From assembly GCA_003971905.1 (NCBI GenBank), contig RSEE01000041.1:434001-498000 (forward strand): a stretch of 64,000 nt of DNA. Reading direction: 5' to 3'. How positions within the stretch are numbered: the first letter of the stretch is position 1; the number at the start of each line of letters is the position of its first letter. The translations under genes were made by a program, and so were the position numbers. Of the stretch, positions 13,128 to 32,013 are shown one piece after another. The stretch is from Moniliella sp. 'wahieum' (taxonomy: Eukaryota). The notes beneath the pieces were generated by a model, which was not told the origin of the DNA, did not search any database, and saw only the letters and a program-made list of their open reading frames with translations.

Positions 13128-13686
13128 GGAGGTTCGCTGGGTGCGGACTTGTTTCCTGCTGTGTTGTGCTTGGGTATCTTGTCCTAGGAAGCATCGTTTT
13201 CTGTCGCAGCTTCCCGCTTCAGGCTTGCGGGCTTCGTGACGACCGCCGTAGGCCAGTGCATCGAATAGGCCGAGCGAATGACAGGGGGGGCTGCTTAATG
13301 AACGGATTCGTAGGATGCACGTCACGTGATGCATGCGCTGCGTCTCCACCGAGAGATGGAGATTGCTGGTCGATGGGATGGATGCGGTGCAGCGTGTAGA
13401 AGGACGCATGCGGGAACGGGGAGTTGCGCCCGATCCATTCGGTCTGATCGGCGCTGGAGGGCCCAGCCGAGGCTGAGGACTGCTCAGACGGCCCCAAACG
13501 GGCCAGGAAACGACGGTGGTGGCCCCTCCGCTACGCACCAGGGGGGGCAGCTTTTGAACATTGCACATCCTGCGCGGCCGCGAAGCAATGGGACGCGACG
13601 CGGCGGCGTGGACGCACACTGGCGCCGTGCGTGGCGGCGCGGGGCTGGCTTTGCGTGCGCTTTCGCTTTCGCCGCTGGGCCCCCAC

Positions 13687-13731
13687 CTCCATCCCCTCCA
13701 TCCCCCTCCATCCCCCTCCATCCCCTCCATC
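13687..13731 (+). repeat. Tandem (CCTCCATCC[C]) 9-10 bp repeat, about 5 copies, just upstream of the RFC5 ATG
   Basis: ctccatcccctccatccccctccatccccctccatcccctccatc read directly from the sequence. Confidence 0.8.
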
Positions 13732-13748
13732 CGCCCTCGGCACACGCG

Positions 13749-15001
13749 ATGCTCTACGTCGACAAGCACCGCCCCACCTCCTTCCCGCAGCTCACCTACC
13801 ACCCCGAGCTCACCGAGCGCCTCCAGGGCCTGGCGAGGGTGGCCGATGTGCCCCACATGCTCTTCTACGGCCCCCCGGCGCGGGCAAGCGCACCCGGATC
13901 AACTGCCTCTTGCGCGATCTCTTTGGCCCCGGCGCACAGAAGGTGCGCGTCAGCCAGCGCGTCTTCCTCACCCGTCCAAGCGCAAACTCGACATCAACAT
14001 CATCACCTCCAACCACCACATTGAGCTCACGCCTAGGTACGTTTTGCCGCCTCCCCCCGGGCCTGCGCCTTCTTCCTCTCGCCCTCGCCTCCCCACGCTG
14101 ACCCTCCCCGTTCTGGGCGTGCGTTCCCAGCGATGCGGGCATCTATGACCGTCTCGTCGTGCAGGACATTATCAAGGACATTGCCAAAACCTCTGTGCTC
14201 GAGGGCGGTCCTGTCGAGGCGGGCAACTTGTCGGGCCACACGCCCACCGCCACGGCCAAGGGCAAATTCAAAGTGGTCGTCATCTACAGTGCTGACCAGC
14301 TGACGCGCGATGCGCAAGCTGCTCTGCGTCGGACCATGGAGAAGTACATGAGCAATCTGCGTTTGATCCTCTGTGCCGACAGCCTGGCCCGGCTCATTGC
14401 TCCCATTCGAAGTCGGGTCTGCTGCTCCGGGTGCCTGCACCGTTGGCGAGTGACCTGGTGGAGCTGCTGCAGACGGTGGCTAAGAAGGAAAAGTTCACCT
14501 TGCCCTCCGATGCGGCTGTAGCGCTGACCCACCATGCGCACGGCAACACGCGCCGGGCGGTTGTTGATGCTGGAACTGCTGCACCAGCATGGTGGCGGTG
14601 GGCTGGAGACGAGTTCCAAGGACGGGAAAAAAGCGCTGGACCTAGCAGTGGCCCTGCCCGAGTGGGAGCAAGTGGCTCGATCAGCGGCGGATGTGGCGCT
14701 GACCAAGCTGTCGTCCGAAGGCGTGTTGGAGGTACGGGGGAAACTGTACGCACTGCTTACCCATGCCATTCCAGCGACCATTGTGCTCAAGACGGTGGCG
14801 TGGCGCATGGTGGAGCGGATTCCCTCGAGTGAGGAGAACGATGAGCTGCGCTCGGCCATCATTGGGTGGGCATCTGTCTACCAATCCCGTTTGCGTCAAG
14901 GTGCCAAGCCGATCCTGCACTTGGAAGCGTTTGTGGTCAAGGTCATGGCCGTGTACAAGGCCAAGCAAATGGGGGAATCGGTGGAGATGCCAGAATTGTA
15001 A
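13749..15001 (+). CDS. RFC5: Replication factor C small subunit (yeast Rfc5/human RFC3 type)
   Basis: MLYVDKHRP, PHMLFYGPPGAGKRTRI (Walker A), SNHHIELTPSDAG.YDR.VVQDIIK, LTRDAQAALRRTMEKY, IAPIRSR, GAKPILHLEAFV. Intron at 14037-14130. Confidence 0.93.
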
Positions 15002-15677
15002 CCGTCCGCTAGGGGCGGGGCTTGGCGAATATGAGCTTGATGCACAACAGGCGCCGCACACACCCTGGACTATCAAAACGTGCATAACCACATAGCGAAC
15101 ATAGCATTACTCAGTGATGTGACAGGTGGGACCGCCTATGGAGCACAGAGCATGTAGCATGGACCTGCCTTTCTTCTTCCGAGTCTTCCAGTCCTTCCAA
15201 TGTGCCCTTTCCCCTCCAAGATGCGCCCTTTCTTCCAAGGCGCATTCTTCTTGCCCGGCACATGCCTGTGGCAGGAAGCACACCTCCATCGATCTGTCCC
15301 CCTTCATCGTCACACCAACCCCTCTCGCTTCGTTACTCACTTCTCCGTCCCGTCGCTTTTGTCTTGGGTTTCTAGCCCACACCAAGCTAAAAACCCACAA
15401 CCGTCCGTCCCACCCATGCACCATCAGTGATACAGATGCTTGCGCCAGCCTCACCTCAGTCGACGGAACCGTAGCGACCTAGTTGCCTGCTCGCGGCAAG
15501 CTAGGCAGACGGAGCCAAACTAGTAGCAGATGATTAATTGGCGAAGCCTTGCTGACACTAAGGGGAGAAATGCATAAGAAGGTAGACATTGACGTTAGGT
15601 TAGACAGTAGGCGAAAAGGAAGAGGGAGAAAGGTGATATGTGTTTTTTTTTTGGCCTGCAGTTAGTAGTAGTAGCGG

Positions 15678-21199
<5,522 letters not shown>

Positions 21200-21200
<1 letters not shown>

Positions 21201-21792
21201 CGCCGGACGGCAGGGGGATCACAGAGAAAAGGGAGAAGGGGGAGCGAGTGGAGCGAGTGGTGGAGAGAAGGCGGAGCACACGCGCAGACACGGGCGCAGG
21301 CGCGGGTGGCGGGGGGAACGAAGGCGCGACGGGGCCGGGGGGGGGGCGGCAGACGACGGCGGCGGGGCAGTGGGACGGGGCAGCAGGCGGAGGGGCGGGG
21401 GGGCAGCGGCGGCGGGCAGCGGGGCGGGCGCGTCCACGGCGGCGGAGGGCGTGGGGCGGCGTGTGGTGCTGCGTGCTGGCCGCGGCAGAGGTGGTGGCGA
21501 CCGAGACGAGCGGAGGCCCGCGACGGCCGGCAGAACTCGTCCGAAGCAAGCCTGGCGCGCTGCCACTCTCGCCCGACACTGGTCCCGTGCCGCCGCGTTC
21601 CGCCGCTGCGCATTCCGCCCGGGAACAGCCCGCGCGGTGGCCGCGCGGACGCCCGACGAACGCCTGGCTGGTGCCACGCGGCCGCTTAGTCAGCCCCGCG
21701 CCTCCCCGCCTCCCGTGGCCGCTCGCCTGCGCGGCCCCTCGCCGCCCTCGCCCGCTCCATCCCACCGCCACCGCCATCGCCCAGCCGCCCTC
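21200..21792. promoter_or_regulatory. Very GC-rich divergent promoter region shared by RPB1 and VPS27
   Basis: Head-to-head genes about 0.6 kb apart, with dense G-runs on the + strand at 21300-21460. The region may include an unresolved RPB1 first exon. Confidence 0.55.
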
Positions 21793-24150
21793 ATGTCCTG
21801 GTGGGCCGCCGACCCCTTCAGCGACGCCGTCGACAAGGCCACGTCCGAGCTGCTGCCCTCGGGCACCGAGGACATTGCCCTCAATCTCGACATTGCCGAC
21901 CAGATCAAGAGCAAAAGCGTCCCGCCAAGCACGCCATGCAGGTCCTCAAGCGCCGCATCAGCCACAAGAACCCCAACGTCGTCCTGGCCCTCGGCCTCAC
22001 CGACATCTCCGTCAAGAACGGCGGCGACGAGTTTCTGACCGAGGTCGGCTCGCGCGAGTTCATCGACAACCTCGTCTCCATCCTCCAGATCCCGCTCGCC
22101 GGTGGCACCCTCAATCCCGACGTCAAGCAGCGCATCCTCGGCTTGCTCCAGGCATGGGCCCAGATCAGCGAGGTGCGGCCGGATACATGACTCATGCCGC
22201 GGCTGTCTACAAGCAGCTGCGCGCCGATGGGTACCAGTTCCCACCCAAGGACCCGGTCGAATCCGTCGTATCCTCCTCCGCTGCCGCCTTCGAGACACGC
22301 ACCATGCCGAGTGGGTTGATGGCGAGGTGTGCCTCCGCTGTCGCACGCCGTTTACCACATTTACCCGCAAGCATCACTGCCGCAATTGTGGCAATGTATT
22401 TTGCCACCAGTGCTCTTCCCATACCATGGCTCTTCCATGGTTTGGCGTTGGCCAACTTGTCCGAGGTGTGACGGTTGCTTTGCGCGCAAGTCCATCCCGC
22501 CCAAGGCGGCTGTGGTGCGGCGAAAGTCGCTCGATTCGCCTCGCCCCGCCTAGCTATGGCCGAGGCGGCGCTGGTGCTGCGGGCAGTCCTCGCCACGCAC
22601 GGTCCAAAACGATGGACCCTCGGGCCGCCGCAGCGCGGCGCAAGGAGGAAGAAGACCTGCAATTGGCTATCAAGCTCTCCTCCAAAGTTCGGGCCAGCAG
22701 TGCCGTCACACCCTCTGCACCTAGTGCACCTTCCATGCCCGGGCGTCAATTGGAGGGGACCGACGAAGCCTCGATCGACGTGGACGCTGAGAACGACCCG
22801 GACTTGGCTGCGGCCATCAAAGCCAGCTTGGAAACGGCCCGCCTCAAGTTCTAGCGGCCCAGCGGGCGACTGCCCCGGCTCCGATCGAGGTGTTGACCCC
22901 CATCGGCACCTTCTTTGGCCCCCTCGGCCCTACGGCGCCCTCAGCTGCCCCGGCTGTGCCCGTCTCTGCTGGTCCGACTCTACCGAACGTGGAGATGGAC
23001 GCGAACGACATTGACTCGCTTTTGACATTTGCGCAAGCGGTCTCGCGTCTTGACCAGGCCATCGCTGCTGGCCAAGCTCCCACCCAGATGGAGCGCCCTC
23101 CCCCACCCGTCCAAGCTGCGCTCGAGAAGTCCTTGGGCGCTCGTCCGAGGCTAGTACGCAACCTGAATGAAGCCGAGAATCGACTAAAGCGGCTCAGTGA
23201 GATGCAAGCCAAGATTGACTTTTCTGTCAAGTTGTACGACCGTCTGCTCGATGCCCAACTGGCTGCTGCTCCCGCACCATCTTTTGCCTCCCATCTCAGC
23301 CTACCAGCCCCAGCTCCTGTCCATCCATCTTATCTTCCGTACACGTATCCTTCGCAGGCTTCAACCGACACTCATCCGTACGCTCAAACTTACCCCCTGG
23401 CCTTGGCCCAATCCCAAGGCCAGAGCCAAAGCCAAGGCCAAAGCCAAAGCCAAACCCATGCGTACCCTCAAACATACCCGCAAGGATATCTTCCCCCGCC
23501 GAGCCCAGCTTATGCCGATCCCGCCCACGCCTCCCCAGCCCCTAACATGGCCACCGCACCAACGCCGAATCCCGCGTTGCAACGGCAAACGAGCATTTTC
23601 CCTGCCTCTCCTACGGGCGCCAGTTCCGACTCCCACCTACTGTCTATTCGCCCTTTACCGCACCTCAGGCTGCTGTCTCCGCCTCGCCTAGTGGAGTGGC
23701 AGTCGCGTCCCCCCCAATGTCGCCGTCAGCGCCCATTGTGGTTCAGTCACCTTCCATTTCTGCCCCTGCACCATTCCATGCCCCTTCTACTTCTTCCGCA
23801 CAGCCACTTGCTCCTCGAGTGAGGCGCAGGCCCAACCGCCAGGCGCGGCAATGCAGGCGCCAGCAACGAGCGCGACCTACCCCACGGCGCAGCCTCTTTT
23901 GCCCTCTACCGGGACCTACCCGCAGCCTTCTTTTGCCCCCCCTGGGAGTACAGGTGCGCCGCCGGTGTCAGTGTCTGGGGGCGCGCAGGGTGCGCAAGAC
24001 GTGCACCTTCCCTCTGCCCCGACCGTTGCTCCCGCGACGCACAATTGGCTCGCCGGGCCCGATTCGCACGTGCCAGCCCAGACGCCCCAATGGGCTTTGC
24101 CCCCCCAGCAAGCAGCCCCCCAAGCCGAGGTCTCCTTGATTGAGCTCTGA
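21793..24150 (+). CDS. VPS27: ESCRT-0 subunit Vps27/Hrs (VHS, FYVE, UIM, GAT-like coil, Pro/Gln-rich tail)
   Basis: [10 protein letters not shown]...[21 protein letters not shown] (VHS), [31 protein letters not shown] (FYVE), [12 protein letters not shown] and [12 protein letters not shown] (two UIMs), C-terminal clathrin box-like SLIEL. Confidence 0.93.
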
Positions 24151-25384
24151 CATGTTTTCTCTCATCCGTTCCACTCCAATTTACGGTTTTCTCGCTTACC
24201 CGCGGCGCCCTTGCTTCCCAATAGATCTAGTGGATGTAGTGCCCAATGGTAAGCAGTAGTCGGACCCGGTTCCGCTGCTGGAGCTCCGAGCTGGCCTGGA
24301 CCTTGCCGCAGTTTTGGCGTCGTTCGGCTTGAGTGCCTCTCCATCTGCTTTGTGCGGTGGGTCAGGTTGAGCTGGAGTAGATGGCGCAACCATTTCCCCT
24401 TTCTGCTGGGCTTGCTCGGAGGTAAGCCTAACCCTTTTCTTCTTCATGCTCAAAGGGTTAGGTTAGGTGCTTGAGTGCTTTGCGTCACCGCACACAGGCC
24501 CCGTCCCGGTTCCAACTCGTGTGTGTTCCCCCCTCCAGAGCCGCACTGTGAGCCGCTGCAGCCGTGTTTGTCAGAGTTGGAGGTTTGATGAGCAGCGGCA
24601 GAAGCGCAGGAAGCGCCCCTCCAATTTGACTTGCCCAATCAAATGCCAGTGTCAGAGAGGCTTTTGTTTTGACGAGGAGGGATGCCAAACAGCAATGCCA
24701 TATATACCTTCCGCTTGGTTTCGTCTTGGGTCGGCTGTCTGATCGGCTCCTGCGCATCACACCTGCCTCATTGGTGCATCCTTACAGAACTTGCAAGTAC
24801 ATGCTTGCGGAGATGGAGCGCAGGCAGGGAGAATTGTGGTGGCAACATCCAGAGGCAGAGAAGTTTTAGAGGTGTGGCCTACGCCCAGCCAAGCCAGAAT
24901 GGAGGGATTTTAACGCACATCACGTGATGGGAGTTCACATTTTATGTGCTGAGTCAGCGAGGCGGCGCGGGGGGGGTTGGCATGCATCATGCATCCGTAC
25001 GTCGGTGTGTGTGACGGCCAATAATCGATCATCGGATGCATGCAGGCGGGGTGTGGCAACTGGGGCGCTGACGCTGAGACCGTCCATCACTCGGCCCCTG
25101 CACAGCGCATGGCGTGGGACGCAGCACCCCCACTGCCACTCAGTACCAAGTACCAGCCCCACCAACCAGCCGCCATCCGCCCCCCCCCCCCCCACCACCA
25201 CCTGCTGCGCCGTCGCCGCCACGACGCCTTCTCCGCAGCTGCTGGTCGCTTGCGCTGGCGCTCTGGATGAAGCAGCCGCCGCCTTCCCCTGGCCAGGCGC
25301 GCCAGCGCTAGCGCCAGCCCCCTTCCCACCGCCCGCAGCCCCGCCCGTCCCGTCGCTGCCCGAGTCCATGCGCGCGCACCGGCC

Positions 25385-28300
25385 ATGAGCTCCGACATGC
25401 CTTCCTCCCCGCTCCCCTCCTCCTTTGACCCACACCATCTGCATCCCGCCGCCGTCGACGCACGCACGGCCTCATCCCATGCCCCGCCCCATCCCCCACA
25501 TCAGGCGAGTGGCCTGGCGCCCTACATCCCTACTCCCATCAGCCGTGCTGCTGCAAGTCTACGACGTGTGGGCAGCTTTGCCTCGCTCACCCTAGCTCCT
25601 GCAGTACAGGCTGCCTCGCCAGAGCACCTGGCTCGGAACCAGCCCCTCCGGCCGGTATCGCCACCGTCAGCGTCGGCATCGGCACTAGCGACAAGTCACG
25701 CCGTCCCTCGGTGCACCGTGCGCCGCCGCACCTATCGCATCCCCAACACGACAACAGTACGGACGGTGACCAAGATCTCTACCCCCAGGCGCACCCAGCC
25801 TGAGTCCATCTCAGCCATCAATCCTTGTCTACTACTTCCGAGCCCAAGCCCGAGCCCGAGCTCGAGGCGGTGCCGCCTTCGGTGCCCGCATCCGTCGAAC
25901 CTGTCCCCGTAAACGGACCGTATCGTGGTTTGGCCGCAAAATCCCGAGCCCTCCCCCGTCACCTCCCCGCCGCCCGCGCCAGCAGCTGACCCTACTCCAT
26001 CGCATGATCCGCCGCCCGAATCCGAGGCACACCAGTACTTACGTCTCGCGACGGGCCGGCCGTCGAGCCTCGATGGAGCCAGTTGCTGAAGAGGGTAATG
26101 AATCGCCCACTGTGGAGCCCCTGCCGCTTCCCAAAGCGCGCTTGCAGCAGAACCTCCAAAGCCATCTCTGCTGCGGTCTATATTTCTTGGTGGCCCAACA
26201 CCAGATCCTGTTCCTGTCTCTTCCGTCGAGCCCCCCTTGGAACCGAACCCAAGTAGAGGAGACTCTGCACCAATGCGCCTCCTCCAGATGAGACAAGAGG
26301 CGCTGGCTCGCCGCCACAGTCTGGGTGGCTGTGGCCCTTTTGGACAGCACCCCGCGAAGAGGGTCTACCCCCACCGTCTCAGGATCCTCCGTCTGCCATT
26401 GGTCAAAAAGGAGACGCTTCAACCTGAATCGGGCGCGATGATGGACATTACGGATGCTGACTGCCAACCACAATACCAGTGGTAGAGAATAGCACAGCTC
26501 CCAGTGTCGGAAACTACATCTCTTCCTGGATGCCCAGTCTTCGTGGTGGAGGGAAGAAGAGCGTGCCGCTCCCACCTCCGAGGGGAGCAGCTCTGCGTGT
26601 GAACCAGTCCAGCCGGAGTGTACACCGGCTGAACAGATCAAACGGGATGCGTTGCTTCGGTATGGCTCCTCTGAGCAACTAGTGCGGACCACCCATGCGC
26701 TGTGTCAACCGGACCAAACGCCCGGTGCAGACGTGGTGGCACGTCCTACTTGGATGTCGCTTTACGTTGGACAACCTCATCCCCTGCTTTGCCTAGCCGG
26801 GGAGCCCAATGGCCGGAAGTGATGGACTTGGATGAGGACCCCAATGCCCCTGGACCTGTGGCTCCGACCTCACACCCACCCAGACATCTTGGCTGAGCCG
26901 ACGGTCTACCAGTCGTCCAAGAGCGTCAAGGATGTAGCCAAGCACAGCTTGAAACAAGAACTGAACCCCAAATCGGCTTCCACCCCGTTTGACCGCACAT
27001 CTCGAGCCACCCCCGCACCTTCGGTTCAAGGACCAGCGGAGCCTTCCAAGCCCACAAAGGCGTCCACGGAAACGAAGCCTACGTCCAAATCTGGAAAAGA
27101 ACCCAAGGACATTCCCCCCCTCGCTCCCAACCTGGTCGCGCCCAGCTTTGAAGACACGTTCTTATCCCCACCCGGTCGCTGGTGCCCAAATCGGGAGTAT
27201 GGGAACGGACCATTTCCTACCTCTTTTCCACTCATCAAGTACGCAGACAGACGCGTCTCCAACCCCTGAGGTCCCATCCCTGTCCGACAAGTTACCTAAG
27301 GCGTGGACGACACTCGAACGTTGGCCCGACTCGCAGATTCGTCGGGTGGTTGTGGTAGGGGTGCACGGCTGGTTCACCCAAAGTTTCCTCAAGACCGTTA
27401 TGGGTGAGCCCACGGGAACGTCCCACAAGTTTGCCACCATGATGAGCCAGCAGTAGAGGACCAGTTGGATGCGCTGGGGGTGCCCAAATCCGAGCGGCAT
27501 GTGACCAGCATCCCTCTCATGGCGACGGAAAGGTTTCGGAGCGGGTGGACATGTTGTATGGGCAACTGCAGGGCAACTCGGAGTGGCTTGCCGCCCTGCG
27601 CAATGCGGATGCGGTCTTTGTTGCTGCACACAGCCAAGGCGCCATTGTATCGGTACATCTGTTGGCGCGATGCTGGAAGAGGAGGTGGTACAGACGGAGC
27701 GGACGGCTGTGTGTCTGTTGGCCATGTGGGGTTCATCACGGCCCATTTACCCATTTGCAAGGCAACTTGGCCTCGACGTATCTGCACTACTTTGAGACGG
27801 CTGCCGCCAAAGAGCTCTTTTGAGTTTCAATCGCCGTCGAGCGGGGTGAGCCAAGCCTACCTCGCTGCGCTTCAACGCGTCCTCGCGCCGCCCCTGACAA
27901 AGGGACATGGCCAGCCCGGGTGAAGGTTTTGTTTGTTGGCTCGGTGGATGATCAGGTGGTCCCGCTCTACTCGGCATTGAACTTTTCGGTGGATCACCCC
28001 AATGTGCTAAGGGCATTGTACATCAATGGGCAAGCGTTCCCGCAAGGCCAAGATGACTTTCTCATTCACCTTCTCAGCTTCTTGGTCCGCATCCGCAATG
28101 CCGGCTTGGACGATCACGGATTGCTCGCCTGCTCTCGTCGGCTGTGGCGGGGAGCGTGTTTGGAGGATCGGGACACAGTCTGATTTACGATGAAGCACAG
28201 TGTATACCTTGGCCGTTCGGTACCTGTTCCAAGTCGACCTCTACCGCCCCTCGGCGCCTCCGGCGCCCGGCCGTACCAAGCGGGGGAAACGCAAACGCAC

Positions 28301-28590
28301 TGCCGCTCCCCGCCTGGTTCGGTCCAGGTCAGCTCGGACGAACGACGCCAGTCCCTCACGGACGGGGCAATGAAGAATCCGTACCAACTTCCCTGGGCAT
28401 TCCGGGGACTGCTGGAAGACACGCGAATCAAACGTTGGTTCGGCTCGGAACTGGATCAGCTCATCGATGCATTCAATCAATGGCGACCGGTCACCAAGCC
28501 ACTCAAGGACATCCAGTTCCGCCTCCAGCCCTTAAGCCACATGCGGCGCTCGACCGCGCCCGCAAATCCCAGACCAAGGCGCCGATGTGA
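25385..28590 (+). CDS. Conserved fungal protein of unknown function, YML020W-like, with an alpha/beta-hydrolase-like C-terminal domain
   Basis: A long Pro/Ser-rich N-terminus, then IRRVVVVGVHGWF...GEPTGTSHKF, FVAAHSQG, GVHHGPF, FVGSVDDQVVPLYSA, GHSLIY and NPYQLPW. Frameshifted, so the boundaries are approximate. Confidence 0.75.
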
Positions 28591-30306
28591 GATGGGACGG
28601 CCACGTCTCGGTCCGAGTTTTGCTTCTGCCTTGCCGTTTCCTGGATCCCTTGGCCTTCTGATGTCTCATGCCCTTGTCCGTGGGTTGTATCCCGCTCCCC
28701 CCCCATTCCACCCCACCCTCATTCCCCATCCTTCATCCCCCATCCCCCTTTCCACTGCGCTCGACATGCGTTCCACATCCTCTCCTGTAGCATTACCCCT
28801 CATACCCTATCTGCATGTGCTCTGTACCATCTTTACCTTTTTTCTTTTTGATTGTCCTGGTTCTTTCGCCCTCGTTCGCCCAAATACGAGGGACCGGAGG
28901 TGAGGAGGAAGGATAACGTCTCGGGCGCAAGGACAGGGGCGATGCAGAAGACAACATTCTCCTAACTAATGACGACGTGTGTACGACCGAATGCACGGGC
29001 TGGGTCCTGTAGAAGGCAACAGGGCGTCAACGATCTGGATGCGCACCTCACTGGGCGCCGTTGGGTAGCCCACTAGCCAAGATGGGCAATCCAACCCCAC
29101 CCCCAACCAGCCCGGTGCGCTCGAAAGCGCTTTTGAACTTTGAGAAGTAGACAACACTCATAAGTAGCACCTGAAATTGAACCCCCTCCGGGCGGAACCT
29201 ACCTCCACATTGCTGCCTTTCCGCGCTCCCGCCATTTTTCTTCGCCCGTGCCTTCCACCGGTGCTAGCGGTCTGCTGCTCACCACCACGCTTGTCGGCGC
29301 TGCCACCGGCGTGGCGCCCTCTCTTCTCTCCGCCCTCAGGGTACGTGCTCTTCCCTCGTCCTTTCCTCGGGATGAAATCTACCGACAGGCGGACCTAAAC
29401 CCACGCTTCTCCCTGCACCCAAATTTTCAGGGGGGTGCACAGAGGTAGTGGTTGCGGATGTTATTCGGCTGCTGAATCCACGTCAAAGTGCTTGCCGCTT
29501 ACGCTTGGCGCGGGCCATGTGCTGACCACGATCTGCTCGCTCTGAACAGATGGCCTGGGCCTGCACGCAGCCTTGATTTGATTGATGGGCTTGCGAACGG
29601 CTTTCAACGCACACAGTTACACGGTAACGTTCCTTCTCCTTGTTTTGTTATTGCCCCCTACCCTCCCCACGCCCCCTATCCCCTTCTCCCTTTCTCTCGT
29701 CTATAAGTAATTACCTGGATGAATCAGAACCAGCAGCTGGTATGAGCGCCAACGATCATCCTCCTGCCCTTGTGTTGCGAGCGGCTGGAGCGAAGAATAG
29801 ACAGCACTTGGTAAGGCCGGCCTAGGGGCGCCGGAAGTTGATACATTGCACTGCCTGATTCTTGACCGACTAAACTCTTCCATCATCGATCCACGATTAT
29901 CGATCGTCTCTGCTGGGTAGGAGCTAGTACCCAGTAGGGGAAACAGGGGCAATCTTTAATCCCGTGATAGCCGGTCGCAGGCGCTGAACGAAACCCCGAA
30001 GCCCCTCGCAAGTCCGGCCCACAGGGGCCGTGGCGCGTAGCCAGTGGAAGAACCCCACGCGGACATGAATGCAAACGCGGACTTGGTCCAGAGGCGTAGC
30101 GAGCACACGGAGAATTTGTCGGCGGCCCAAGGACGGAATCTCAGGGGGCACGCTGGGCACCTGGGCAGTGTGCGGCGAGCCCAGAACTTCGTGGATCCAC
30201 TTTTCTCCGCTCTGCCGCGCTACGCCAAACGGGATTTAAACCGCGCTCTTTCCAACCTGCTGCAACTCCATCTCCACCCCTTTCCCCCCCGATCTGGACC
30301 CCCACC

Positions 30307-31531
30307 ATGGCTGCCCGTGCCCCTCAGACTGCCCTCCGTGCTGCCCAGCGCATCGGCCTTGCCCGCGTTGCTGCTCCCGCTCTACCTTGGCCGCTCGTGG
30401 CCTCAGCACGCTGGTTGCCGGCGGTGCGCGTGCTGCGCGCCCGGCCATGCGTGCTGCGGCGCCTACCCTCGTCCGCGGTGTGCGCACCATGAAGTTTGCC
30501 GAGACGGATGAGAAGGTGTACGAGCGCTCGGACTGGCCCGCCGAAAAGCTGCAGAGCTACTTCAAGAACGACACGTTTGCCGTCATTGGCTATGGTTCGC
30601 AAGGCTACGCCCAGTCGCTCAACTTGCGCGACAACGGCCTGAATGTGATCGTTGGTGTTCGTGAGGGTGGCCGCTCCTGGAAGGAGGCGCAGGAGGACGG
30701 ATACGTTCCTGGCAAGACGCTCTTCCCCATTGAGGAGGCCATCAACAAGGGCACCATCATCATGAACCTGCTCTCGGACGCGGCCCAGTCGGAGCTGTGG
30801 CCCAAGATTGCCCCCCTGATCACGCCGGGCAAGACGCTCTACTTTTCGCATGGCTTCTCGGTTGTCTTTAAGGACGACACGCACGTTGTGCCCCCCAAGG
30901 ATGTGGATGTGATCCTCTGCGCGCCCAAGGGCTCGGGCCGAACGGTGCGCAGTCTCTACCTCGAGGGCAAGGGAATCAACTCGTCGGTGGCCGTGTACCA
31001 GGACGTGACTGGCAAAGCCCTAGAGAAGGCTGTCGCTACCGGCATTGCGGTTGGCTCGGGGTACATTTACGAGACGACGTTTGAGAAGGAGGTGTACTCG
31101 GACCTGTATGGCGAGCGTGGTGCGCTCATGGGTGGCATCCAGGGCATGTTCAAGGCTCAGTACGACGTGCTGCGTGAGAATGGTCACTCGCCCTCGGAGG
31201 CGTTTAACGAGACGGTTGAGGAGGCGCTGCAATCGCTCTACCCGCTTGTTGGGGAACACGGCATGGACTACATGTACAAGGCCTGCTCCACCACGGCCCG
31301 CCGTGGTGCGCTGGACTGGGCGCCGAGTTTGAGAAGGCCAACAAGCCCGTGTTTGAACGCCTTTACGCTTCGGTGCGCAATGGTGACGAAACACGCCGCA
31401 CGCTCGAGTTTGCCTCGCGCCCCACGTACCGCGAGGACTACGACAAGGAAACCGACGCCATTGCTGACCAGGAGATGTGGCGCGTCGGCCACACTGTCCG
31501 TGCTCTCCGCCCGGACCGGCAGAACAAGTAA
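30307..31531 (+). CDS. ILV5: Ketol-acid reductoisomerase, mitochondrial
   Basis: Arg/Ala-rich presequence, FAVIGYGSQG, LLSDAAQ, YFSHGF, APKGSG, SDLYGERG.LMG, HSPSEAFNETVEE, and C-terminal EMWRVGHTVRALRP. Confidence 0.97.
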
Positions 31532-32013
31532 AATGACGACTACCCCCGCTGCTGCATATTCTCGTTTTCGTTTCATGCTTCATGCCCAAAATGTGTAATG
31601 CACCATCCCCCTCTGCACTTGCCCATCTCACGACTGTCCCATAGTGTCTCTTCAGAAGGCAAAGTCTTATGTGCTACATGGACCGAACCCAAATCTGATG
31701 AACCGGGATTGTGTGTTGGAGATATGCCACCTTAGTACTTAGTACATACACAACTGAGCTAGCTTATCCTAGTTGGCGTAAGTAGATTTGCTATGATGAC
31801 TCGCTCGCAAGACTCGAAGTGGCGTAGGTGGGTATAGAGACGGGGGGTGTTAGCGCGAGTTGCATATCGGACACCATTAATAGCCTCTTTCTTCATTAGT
31901 AGCTACGCGGCGGCTTTGTAGACTCAGTCTGTAAGCAGGCCGAAAGGCGGGGGGACAATAGTCATCCAGTGTAGCCATCATGGGTCTTGCAAGTTTGTTC
32001 GACTCGAACAAAC

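Noticed and set aside
23410..23455. Hexamer repeat (CAAAGC/CAAGGC) in VPS27
   Set aside because: An ordinary coding Gln-Ser/Gln-Gly low-complexity tract within a disordered tail.
24453..24467. Telomere-like GGGTTAGGTTAGG
   Set aside because: Only about two imperfect units, consistent with chance.
31695..31760. Possible C/D-box snoRNA (TGATGA ... CTGA) between ILV5 and LYS4
   Set aside because: The C box is imperfect, and there is no terminal stem or recognisable rRNA guide.
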